Of a stretch of 64,000 bases of DNA, positions 18,661-26,627 are shown one piece after another (position 1 is the first letter of the stretch; the number at the start of each line of letters is the position of its first letter). Under the pieces are notes generated by a model that saw only the letters and a program-made list of their open reading frames with translations, searched no databases and was not told the origin of the DNA. This DNA is from an uncultured Gammaproteobacteria bacterium (lineage in GTDB: Bacteria > Patescibacteriota > Patescibacteriia > Magasanikbacterales > GWA2-37-8): the NCBI GenBank assembly GCA_964444705.1, contig CAYUHX010000001.1, positions 17,055 to 81,054 of the forward strand, in the 5' to 3' direction. The translations under genes and the position numbers were made by a program.

Positions 18661-19086
18661 ATGGCCAAAAAACTAGTCACTCAAATCAAGCTCCAAATCG
18701 TTGGTGGAGCTGCAAATCCAGCGCCTCCAGTTGGTCCAGCGCTCGGTCAACACGGCTTAAATATCCAAGGTTTTTGTAAAGAATTCAACGACAAAACCCA
18801 AGATAAAAAAGGTGAAGTTGTTCCAGTTGTCATTAATGTGTATGCCGACCGCACGTTCGACTTTATCATGAAAATTGCCCCCATGGCCGAACTTATTAAA
18901 AAAGCTGCGAACATCAAAAAAGGTTCTGGCAAACCACTTCAAGAAAAAGTGGGTAAAATCACCAGAGCACAAATCAAAGAAATTGCTGAAAAGAAAATGC
19001 CAGATCTTAACTGCCACACCGTTGCCGCCGCAATGAAAATGGTAGAAGGAACTGCCCGCCAAATGGGCGTTACCATTGAAGGCTAA
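18661..19086 (+). CDS. rplK: 50S ribosomal protein L11
   Basis: [25 protein letters not shown]. Confidence 0.98.
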   Translation: MAKKLVTQIKLQIVGGAANPAPPVGPALGQHGLNIQGFCKEFNDKTQDKKGEVVPVVINVYADRTFDFIMKIAPMAELIKKAANIKKGSGKPLQEKVGKITRAQIKEIAEKKMPDLNCHTVAAAMKMVEGTARQMGVTIEG

Positions 19087-19096
19087 AAATATTACC

Positions 19097-19129
19097 AAAA
19101 AAAATCCGAGCAATCAGCTCGGTTTTTTT
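19097..19129. terminator. Bidirectional terminator immediately after rplK
   Basis: A-run, CCGAGC-aatca-GCTCGG, T-run. Confidence 0.8.
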
Positions 19130-20115
19130 GTATTTTTTCGATCAGCTTTTCGTTTTAAAATAGCCCTTCGTGCCTCAACAAGATAATCGGGCAAATCCCC
19201 TTCATGTTCATTAATCTCACTAAGAAAAGCATGATCTTGTTCGGCTGTAGGCAAAGGCTCTTCTTTAAAGGCAATTACTTTTATACCTCCCTGATATTCT
19301 TTAATTTTTAAACCACTTTCAAGACTAACAGTTTCAATGGCTAACTCTGGTTTTATTTTTTTAAGCAGACGAAGTAAGCGACTTTGATCTCTCGCATCTA
19401 AACCAGTTTGTAATACATCGCTTTTAAGCTCCTCATACTCAGATCTTTCTTGAGTGGTTAATATTCCGAGTTGTTCATCAGTAACCACATCAAAATTAAA
19501 AGCATCTATTTGCTTCGCTAATGAAATGCTGGAAGCCATGGTAGCATCAGCATTAATTCCAAAAAAATCTTCAAAAGAAGGGATTTTTTCTGCAATTTTT
19601 AAACGTAAAAAACGATCTAAAGCTTCGGTCCGCGACAGAGGAAACGGTAAATAATAGCGCCTCTTTCCTTCAACCCCTCTACTTTCTACCACCACTTTAA
19701 GCCGCACATACTCACCTGCTGTTACTTCATAAAATTTCAAAAATTCTCTTGCCAAAACTTGGTAAGAAAGATCGTGAGGATTTTTCGCTATTATTTTTTC
19801 TGCTTTTAAACTTAAATCTTGAAGTATTGTTGCACTATGTTCGGTACGAAGATAATCAACGGCCGCATCCATCTCATTGGATAAAAATAATCTTTTTTCA
19901 TCTAGCTGTTTTCGCTCTCCGTTGTGTTTAAATAACTTACTTTTTAAGGAAGGAGTTAACATGGCAGCCGCTTTGCGCCGCACTTTCGCCTCATGCGTTC
20001 CATCAAGCAAAGAAGCGATGAGCTGACAATTTTCAGCCTCAACACGAGGTTCAATCTCAATGGATCGTTCGATTAAAGGGGTTCTGTTAAAAGAACCTCT
20101 AAGTTCAGCACTCAT
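19114..20115 (-). CDS. Hypothetical protein (orphan, helical/charged)
   Basis: 333-aa ORF with T-ATG start; no motif recognised. Confidence 0.7.
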   Translation of the reverse strand: MSAELRGSFNRTPLIERSIEIEPRVEAENCQLIASLLDGTHEAKVRRKAAAMLTPSLKSKLFKHNGERKQLDEKRLFLSNEMDAAVDYLRTEHSATILQDLSLKAEKIIAKNPHDLSYQVLAREFLKFYEVTAGEYVRLKVVVESRGVEGKRRYYLPFPLSRTEALDRFLRLKIAEKIPSFEDFFGINADATMASSISLAKQIDAFNFDVVTDEQLGILTTQERSEYEELKSDVLQTGLDARDQSRLLRLLKKIKPELAIETVSLESGLKIKEYQGGIKVIAFKEEPLPTAEQDHAFLSEINEHEGDLPDYLVEARRAILKRKADRKNTKKPS

Positions 20116-20135
20116 ATATTTTTAAATATTCCCAC

Positions 20136-21290
20136 TTAACAAATAAACATGGCGTCTCCAAAACTATAAAACCGGTATTTTTCTTCAACTGCCTGTCGGT
20201 AACAGCTTAAAATAAAATCCTGATCTTGAGCAAAAGCTGACACCAACATAAGGAGCGTTGATTTAGGCAAATGAAAATTGGTGATGAGCGCATCAACGAC
20301 TCTAAACTTAAAACCTGGGGTGATAAAAATATTTATATCTCCTGAATAAGGCAGTACCACTTCTGACCTCGAACGAGTTTCTCCCAATCGAAGCGCAATA
20401 CCCTCTAGCGTGCGCACGGTGGTGGTGCCCACAGATACGATTCGCCTGCCTTCCGCCTTAGCCCGATTAATCAAATCGGCATTTTTGGCAGTAAGTTCAA
20501 CCTCTTCAGCATGCATGGTGTGATTCTCAACCTCTTCAGATTTCACCGGTAAAAAAGTACCCAAACCCACATGCAAAGTTATTTCAGCAAACTCAACTCC
20601 TTTATTTTTTAATTTCTCAATTAACTCGGGAGTGAAATGAAAACCCGCTGTCGGTGCTGCTACCGATCCTTCTTGTTTTGCATACACCGTCTGATATCGA
20701 TCAGCATTGCGTTCTGCAATTACATTTTTTTCATTTTTCACTTCTCCTTTTTCCTTAGAAATATAAGGCGGCAACGGCACTTCGCCATACAAATTTGCTT
20801 TTGCTCGCACCGCCAAATCGTCTTCAGCAAACTGTAACAACACCGTTCCATCATTTTCCTTAAAAAGTACCTCTGCCTCAAAATCCGGTGCAAACCTAAG
20901 CTTCATACCCAAACGCAACTTACGCCCCGGTTTTGCAAGCACCTTCCACACATATTTATTTTCCATCGGACGCACTAAAAAAATTTCTAAAACAGGTGCA
21001 TTTAAAATAGTACCTGTTACATGAAGCCTTTCTTCTTGCCGATCATCTACACCATCACTTGCAACATCGAGCACAACTTCAGCCCTGAGCCGCGCCCTAA
21101 ATACTTTTGAGGTGTTCCATACCAACAAATCACCGGAGGTAAGATGGTCAACAATATCATAGAAATGCTGATGGTATATTTTTTTATTCATCGCATCAAC
21201 TACCATCAAACGAGAGTGGTCACGCAATTCAAGCGGGGCTTGTGCAATCAATTCAGGTGGCAACAAAAAATCAAAATCAGATGTACGCAT
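20136..21290 (-). CDS. queA: S-adenosylmethionine:tRNA ribosyltransferase-isomerase
   Basis: LPPELIAQ, VPLPPYI, YQTVYA, GSVAAPTAG, TNFHLPKSTL, YRFYSFGDAM. Confidence 0.96.
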   Translation of the reverse strand: MRTSDFDFLLPPELIAQAPLELRDHSRLMVVDAMNKKIYHQHFYDIVDHLTSGDLLVWNTSKVFRARLRAEVVLDVASDGVDDRQEERLHVTGTILNAPVLEIFLVRPMENKYVWKVLAKPGRKLRLGMKLRFAPDFEAEVLFKENDGTVLLQFAEDDLAVRAKANLYGEVPLPPYISKEKGEVKNEKNVIAERNADRYQTVYAKQEGSVAAPTAGFHFTPELIEKLKNKGVEFAEITLHVGLGTFLPVKSEEVENHTMHAEEVELTAKNADLINRAKAEGRRIVSVGTTTVRTLEGIALRLGETRSRSEVVLPYSGDINIFITPGFKFRVVDALITNFHLPKSTLLMLVSAFAQDQDFILSCYRQAVEEKYRFYSFGDAMFIC

Positions 21291-21328
21291 AATTTTTCTT
21301 CACACATGATCGAATCCAGACCACACAT

Positions 21329-22204
21329 TTATCGTAAATATTTCATACGGTTCGCTGTGTGTCCTTCCAATGTTTTTGCATAATACATTTTTCCATCAGA
21401 TCCGGTTAAAAAATACCAATCTGAATTTTTTTCAGGAAAAAGTGCCGCCTGCAGTGCGCCAAGGCCTGGATTACAAATTGGACCTGGTGGCAATCCTTTA
21501 TATTTGTAAGTATTCCACGGCGAATTAATCTCCCGATCAGCGGCAGAAGTAAACACCGTACCCGTTTTATCAACTGCATAATGCACACTTGAATCAACTT
21601 GAAGCGGCATGCCACGGGCAATGCGACGCCACAAAATATCGGCAACAAGCGCTTGGTCGTGAGCTGTATTCGCCTCACGCTCAACAATGCTTGCCAAGGT
21701 AAGCACACTATTTAAATCAACGGAATCAGCGCTACCGACACGACTGGTAATTGAAGCAATGTCCCCCACTCTCTGCCTTAATTCTTTATCTCTTTCCGTT
21801 ATCAATTTTTGTACCACTTCAAAAAGTGAGGAATTTTTAAAAACTCGATATGTTTGTGGAGCAAGATACCCTTCAAATGAAATTGTCGATGGTTTTTTAA
21901 TTACCTCGGAAAGATCTTCGAGCAAATCAGTCCCCACTGGACCAGCCCGAAGACTGCGCACAACACCAGGTTTTCCAAGCAAAGAAAAGACCTGCTCGGT
22001 CGAGCTTGCAAACCCCTTTAACACCAAATAGTCCGCCACTTGTCGCAAATTCCAACCTGGAATAATTGTGATGTTAACTTCTTCACGCGGCGCAGGTGGC
22101 ACATACGCCGGATGTATTTGACGATATAAAAAATATGCCGCGTACAAAACAGCTCCCACCACGCACACACCCAACACTATTTTTTTAAAAAATGATGAAT
22201 ACAT
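21329..22204 (-). CDS. mltG: Endolytic transglycosylase MltG
   Basis: N-terminal TM, EGYL.P.TY, LASIVEREA, MPLQVD, SPWNTYKYKGLPPGPICNPG. Confidence 0.92.
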   Translation of the reverse strand: MYSSFFKKIVLGVCVVGAVLYAAYFLYRQIHPAYVPPAPREEVNITIIPGWNLRQVADYLVLKGFASSTEQVFSLLGKPGVVRSLRAGPVGTDLLEDLSEVIKKPSTISFEGYLAPQTYRVFKNSSLFEVVQKLITERDKELRQRVGDIASITSRVGSADSVDLNSVLTLASIVEREANTAHDQALVADILWRRIARGMPLQVDSSVHYAVDKTGTVFTSAADREINSPWNTYKYKGLPPGPICNPGLGALQAALFPEKNSDWYFLTGSDGKMYYAKTLEGHTANRMKYLR

Positions 22205-22229
22205 ACTAACTCACTCAATAGTGAATAAT

Positions 22230-22748
22230 TTAGTGTTGTGGTGGAATGAAAGACGCTTCTTTCTTTCCCAAAACAAACTCTCCCCACTCTTTCAAAAAAT
22301 CAGAACTCGACCAGCGTTTATCAAGTCCCACTCCCGTTTCAATCTGAATTCCAAGCTCTTTACACACACTCCACTCAGGAATAGTTGCAACGTCAATTCG
22401 ATCCCCTCCTTTTGTGAACACATGCGGACGCAAGGCACGCAAAGCCTGACACACCGTTGTGTCATTCAAAATTTCAAAAGGGAAAACATAATCCACACCA
22501 CGCACATATGACACAATCGCACAGCGTGTTTCAAGATCCTGAAATGGCCTACCTTTTTTTGTTCGCAAAAAATTATCACCATTCACAATAACAACTAACG
22601 TATCACCAAATTTTTTTGACTCAAGCATACAAGAAAGATGCCCCGGGTGAATGGGATCAAAACCACCACTTGTGCACACAATCTTTCCCAAACGTGGTCT
22701 AATTTTTTCAAACTCATCTAATGAAATGATCGACGCTGGTTTTTCCAT
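22230..22748 (-). CDS. Cytidylyl/adenylyltransferase family protein (RfaE-domain-II/TagD-like)
   Basis: SGGFDPIHPGH (HIGH-type motif), KKGRP, KGGDR, SSS. Start set at MEKPAS. Confidence 0.85.
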   Translation of the reverse strand: MEKPASIISLDEFEKIRPRLGKIVCTSGGFDPIHPGHLSCMLESKKFGDTLVVIVNGDNFLRTKKGRPFQDLETRCAIVSYVRGVDYVFPFEILNDTTVCQALRALRPHVFTKGGDRIDVATIPEWSVCKELGIQIETGVGLDKRWSSSDFLKEWGEFVLGKKEASFIPPQH

Positions 22749-22752
22749 AAAA

Positions 22753-23289
22753 TTAAGAATTACATGCGATATAATCCAACGCCCGACGCACGGCAAGCTC
22801 GGCGTAGCCTTCTTCAAATTTTCCTTGGTCAACTAATAATTTCACCTCATCACGAGTCGCCAGCATGACTTCAATCTCTTCAGCATCTTCTAATTCTTGA
22901 CCACCATTTTCTTCTAAACCGCGAGCTAAATAAAAATGAAACAAGCCAGTTGCATATTTGCCTTTAGCCGTAGTGCCAAGCGGAATAATGTGTGCTGTTC
23001 GGTAACCCGCTTCTTCCTGCAACTCTTTTTCTGCTGTCTCAAGGGGCGTAAAGCCAGGTTCCACAAAACCCGCCACAACTGACGTAACAACACGCTGAAG
23101 TGCAATATAAAACTGTTTAACTAAAAGGATTTTCCCAGCACTAGTTTCACCCACCACCATCACCACATCCATAGCTTCTTGCAGAAAAAAAGATTTCTCT
23201 TTTCCTTGATGCGTGAGCATGTGCCACTCAACAATACTAATCCATTTACTCGAAAAAGCCGGTTTGGTTGAAAGTAATTTCCAAGTCAT
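22753..23289 (-). CDS. NUDIX hydrolase
   Basis: Nudix box GFVEPGFTPLETAEKELQEEAG. Confidence 0.9.
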   Translation of the reverse strand: MTWKLLSTKPAFSSKWISIVEWHMLTHQGKEKSFFLQEAMDVVMVVGETSAGKILLVKQFYIALQRVVTSVVAGFVEPGFTPLETAEKELQEEAGYRTAHIIPLGTTAKGKYATGLFHFYLARGLEENGGQELEDAEEIEVMLATRDEVKLLVDQGKFEEGYAELAVRRALDYIACNS

Positions 23290-23296
23290 ACAAATT

Positions 23297-23839
23297 TTAT
23301 AATCCCCACATCACCCCAAGCGGAGACACATATATCACACTTGCCGCTCCTGCAGCAACAAGTAAACCACCTAAAATATCAACTGGATAATGAACCCCTG
23401 CGTACACTCGCCCCCACCCCACCCATACTGCCAACGGAATAAAAAGATATGCACCAGGCAACGCCACCATTCCCGCAACAAATACCATAAGCCACGCACA
23501 CATTGCATGGTCAGAAGGAAATGATTTCCAGTTCATCCACGGCTTGAGCAAACGTCGACTGGTGGGATGTGTGGTGTGAGGTCGCGGCTCACGCACAAAA
23601 ATAGCAAGCAACAAACTCGTTGACTCTCCGAGAACCCAGGCTACAAAAAGTATACCAAATGGTTGTAGAGCAGAAGTTTCTCGACCATAAAAACGCACGC
23701 TCAAAAAGGATAAAAAAATAAACCCGGCCAGCATCATAAAAATGACGACCTCTGCCCCCAGCCAACCAAACCAATCAGCAAAACGATTCTTACCCACTAA
23801 CCGGTTAATGGCTAAAAAAACACGAGTATTTAAACGCAT
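23297..23839 (-). CDS. PAP2-family membrane phosphatase (undecaprenyl-diphosphatase-like)
   Basis: REPRP, SFPSDH, GRVYAGVHYPVDI motifs; multiple TM helices. Confidence 0.9.
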   Translation of the reverse strand: MRLNTRVFLAINRLVGKNRFADWFGWLGAEVVIFMMLAGFIFLSFLSVRFYGRETSALQPFGILFVAWVLGESTSLLLAIFVREPRPHTTHPTSRRLLKPWMNWKSFPSDHAMCAWLMVFVAGMVALPGAYLFIPLAVWVGWGRVYAGVHYPVDILGGLLVAAGAASVIYVSPLGVMWGL

Positions 23840-23984
23840 ACACTATCCGTTAATAGTAACAGGTCTAATCCCGGCTGGCAAATTCGTATTCTTGAATAAA
23901 AATGGTGTTTTTGCTAGACTAGACACACTTTTATGTGCCTTTATTTTTCGCCAATTTAAAGGCTTCCGCACCCAATACATTAAT

Positions 23985-24057
23985 GCGCCTGTAGCTCAGG
24001 GGTTAGAGCGCCACCCTTATAAGGTGGATGTCGATGGTTCAATTCCATCCAGGCGCA
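23985..24057 (+). tRNA. tRNA-Ile with anticodon UAU
   Basis: Acceptor GCGCCTG/CAGGCGC, D-arm GCTC/GAGC, anticodon stem CCACC/GGTGG with loop CT-TAT-AA (anticodon 24018-24020), T-arm GATGG-TTCAATT-CCATC, discriminator A; CCA not encoded. Confidence 0.92.
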
Positions 24058-24083
24058 CATTTATTTTCTAATCACAGATTAAT

Positions 24084-24437
24084 ATGCCTCTCACCTCTCT
24101 TCCTCTGGCCGGCGGAATGAAATTTGGTTCAGGCGCAAATTTGGGTCGAACCGGAATGCCTCCTTCACGCGTCGGCGGCATCGGTAGTATCAACCAAGCA
24201 AAAGGAGGTGCTCTCACCAGTGCCAGTAACCTAGGCAAAAAAATGAACAGCATTAGTCAAAATCAGGGCATAGCTCATGTGTACCAAGTCGGCGATCGCA
24301 CCGGTGTGCAGGGCGCTGGCGGATATGCGGGGCAAGGTAGCAATGTGAGTATTGCTCAAGCCATTAAAAATAAATCTCTCACTCCTCCCGGAACAACCAC
24401 CACCGGCGGAGTAAAACCGATTCTTCCACTTAAATAA
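24084..24437 (+). CDS. Gly-rich low-complexity hypothetical protein
   Basis: 117-aa ORF between the tRNA and rluD, T-ATG start, no acidic residues except one Asp. Confidence 0.65.
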   Translation: MPLTSLPLAGGMKFGSGANLGRTGMPPSRVGGIGSINQAKGGALTSASNLGKKMNSISQNQGIAHVYQVGDRTGVQGAGGYAGQGSNVSIAQAIKNKSLTPPGTTTTGGVKPILPLK

Positions 24438-24482
24438 ATTTAAATTTCTTTACTCGTTCAATCAGGCCATAATCCTCTCGTT

Positions 24483-25493
24483 ATGAATCCTATCGATTCC
24501 ATCATCGTCCCCACCGACACCAAACCTCAACGACTGGATATTTTTTTGGCCGAATACCTTAAAATAACCCGCTCACAAGTTCAAAAAAAAATCGAGGCTA
24601 ATGAAATTTTTGTGAATGGCACCCTGCCTAAAAAAGCTGGTGACACAATTCATGCTGGAGATAAAATTAGCCCTGTATCATCTACAAAAAAATCACCTAC
24701 AGTGGCCAGACCAACGAAAACTACCACCACGGTGACTCCAAAAGATCTCAAGCCAACTTTCGTCGCCACCACAACTGAATACGTGGTGATAGACAAACCT
24801 TCGGGTCTACTCACCCACCCTACCATGGCACATGAAAAAACTACGCTGGTTTCTTTTCTTGTCAAAAAATACCCATCCATAAAATTGGTCGGAGAAAACG
24901 ATCTCAGACCTGGCATTGTGCACCGTCTCGACAAAGAAGCTTCTGGCCTACTCGTAGCAGCGCGAACAGAAAAAATGTTCAAACATCTCAAAGAACAATT
25001 CAAAAATCGTACCGTAAGCAAAGAGTACCTCGTCCTTGTTCATGGTCGCACTTCTAAAGAAGAAGATACCATCAACTTTCCCCTCGCCCGTTCAGAAAAT
25101 GAAGATCGCATGGCCGCCCGCCCCCGAACTAAAATCAACGCCGATGGGAATGCGGCAGCTCTCCTCCCAGGAGAAAAAGAAGCCCTGACCGAATTTGTGG
25201 TAGAAAAATATTTTGTCAATTTCACCCTATTGCGTGTACGACTACATACTGGCCGCATGCACCAAATTCGTGCGCATCTTTTCGCCTACAACCACCCTGT
25301 GGTTGGCGACCCGCTGTATATTCAAAAAAAACGCAAACGAACCTGGGACGAACGACTGGGCCGCTTATTTCTTCACTGTACCAATTTGGGATTTAATGAT
25401 TTAAAAGGAGAAAAACAAACTTTTAATTCTCCTCTACCAAAAGAATTAGCCGAATTTTTAAACACCCTCGCCCCACAACCAACTAATTCCTAA
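24483..25493 (+). CDS. rluD: RluA/RluD-family pseudouridine synthase
   Basis: S4 domain (RLDIFLA), DKPSGL, GIVHRLDKEASG, TGRMHQIRAH, GDPLY. Confidence 0.9.
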   Translation: MNPIDSIIVPTDTKPQRLDIFLAEYLKITRSQVQKKIEANEIFVNGTLPKKAGDTIHAGDKISPVSSTKKSPTVARPTKTTTTVTPKDLKPTFVATTTEYVVIDKPSGLLTHPTMAHEKTTLVSFLVKKYPSIKLVGENDLRPGIVHRLDKEASGLLVAARTEKMFKHLKEQFKNRTVSKEYLVLVHGRTSKEEDTINFPLARSENEDRMAARPRTKINADGNAAALLPGEKEALTEFVVEKYFVNFTLLRVRLHTGRMHQIRAHLFAYNHPVVGDPLYIQKKRKRTWDERLGRLFLHCTNLGFNDLKGEKQTFNSPLPKELAEFLNTLAPQPTNS

Positions 25494-25517
25494 CACATAA
25501 CACTTAACCCCTCACGT

Positions 25518-26078
25518 ATGCCCGGTCTTCTTGTGATCATTTCCTCCACCGTTGGTGGTGGAAAAGATTCTGTCATTCGCGGACTTCTTAATATCTTTCC
25601 TGAAGCTGCTCGCCTGGTTACCACCACCACTCGCGCCCCCCGCCCCGGAGAAATAGATGGCATCGACTATCATTTCATTTCAGTGACAGATTTTCTTTCT
25701 CTCGTAGAAAAAAATCAATTTGTAGAGCATAATTTTCTTGCGAACAACTACTACGGCATCCAAAAAATCCACCTGGAAGAAATGCTCGAAAGACACCCTA
25801 TCGTGCTCGTGCAAGCAGATGTTAACGGCAAACACAACCTAGACCGATTACATATTCCTCATCTTTCAGTTTTTCTTCTACCAGAAAATATCGATATACT
25901 TCGTTCTCGAGCAGCTGCCCGCGGGGGTATGACGCCAGAAATGATTGAAGAACGAGTACAAATCGGCCTCAAAGAAATTGAAGCCGCCAAAGACTACACC
26001 TACAGCCTCGTCAATTATCAAGGCAAACTTGCCGAAACTATTGAAAATATAGCAAAAAACATCCAAAATCGCCTTTAA
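25518..26078 (+). CDS. gmk: Guanylate kinase
   Basis: P-loop GGGKDS, TTTRAPRPGEIDGIDYHF, NYYG. Confidence 0.9.
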   Translation: MPGLLVIISSTVGGGKDSVIRGLLNIFPEAARLVTTTTRAPRPGEIDGIDYHFISVTDFLSLVEKNQFVEHNFLANNYYGIQKIHLEEMLERHPIVLVQADVNGKHNLDRLHIPHLSVFLLPENIDILRSRAAARGGMTPEMIEERVQIGLKEIEAAKDYTYSLVNYQGKLAETIENIAKNIQNRL

Positions 26079-26090
26079 ACAACCCATCTA

Positions 26091-26119
26091 TTGACAAAAA
26101 TGAGGTTACCCGCTAAAAT
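26091..26119 (+). promoter_or_regulatory. rplS promoter
   Basis: TTGACA, 17 bp, TAAAAT. Confidence 0.75.
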
Positions 26120-26154
26120 AGCACCACTTTTAACAAGTCTCTTATTTCAATGGT

Positions 26155-26493
26155 ATGACTGAAGAAGCAAAAAATCTTACTTTTAAACCCGGAATGGTGG
26201 TAAAAGTGCACCAAAAAATCAAAGAATTTAACACCAAAGGTGAAGAAAAAGAGCGTATTCAAATCTATGAAGGTTTAATCATTGCCGCAAGCCATGGCAC
26301 AGAGGCTGGCGCAACCATTACCGTTCGCAAGGTATCTGAAGGAATTGGTGTTGAAAAAATATTTCCCATTCATTCTCCTGTCATTGCTAAAATAGAACCA
26401 GTACGTCAATTCAAAGTCCGTCGTGCGAAACTCAATTTCGTCCGCGATCCAAAATTCAAACGTAAAATGGACGAAGAAAAAATTGCCGCCTAG
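26155..26493 (+). CDS. rplS: 50S ribosomal protein L19
   Basis: KERIQIYEG, TVRKVSEGIGVEKIFP, KVRRAKL. Confidence 0.97.
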   Translation: MTEEAKNLTFKPGMVVKVHQKIKEFNTKGEEKERIQIYEGLIIAASHGTEAGATITVRKVSEGIGVEKIFPIHSPVIAKIEPVRQFKVRRAKLNFVRDPKFKRKMDEEKIAA

Positions 26494-26508
26494 CAAAGCA
26501 CACCAAAT

Positions 26509-26540
26509 CAAAAAAACAGGGTTTAAACCCTGTTTTTTTG
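26509..26540. terminator. Terminator after rplS
   Basis: Perfect palindrome CAAAAAAACAGGGTTTAAACCCTGTTTTTTTG. Confidence 0.8.
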
Positions 26541-26627
26541 ATAAGAAGAAGTTCACAAATAGGCATTGCCGTGATTATCTTGACATAAGTACAAAAATAT
26601 GGTTAAATCATAAATTAAAAAAAAATT

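Noticed and set aside
25518-25570. Divergent gmk P-loop (SSTVGGGKDS) as a sign of inactivation
   Set aside because: The GK core and GMP-binding motifs are retained; within normal variation.
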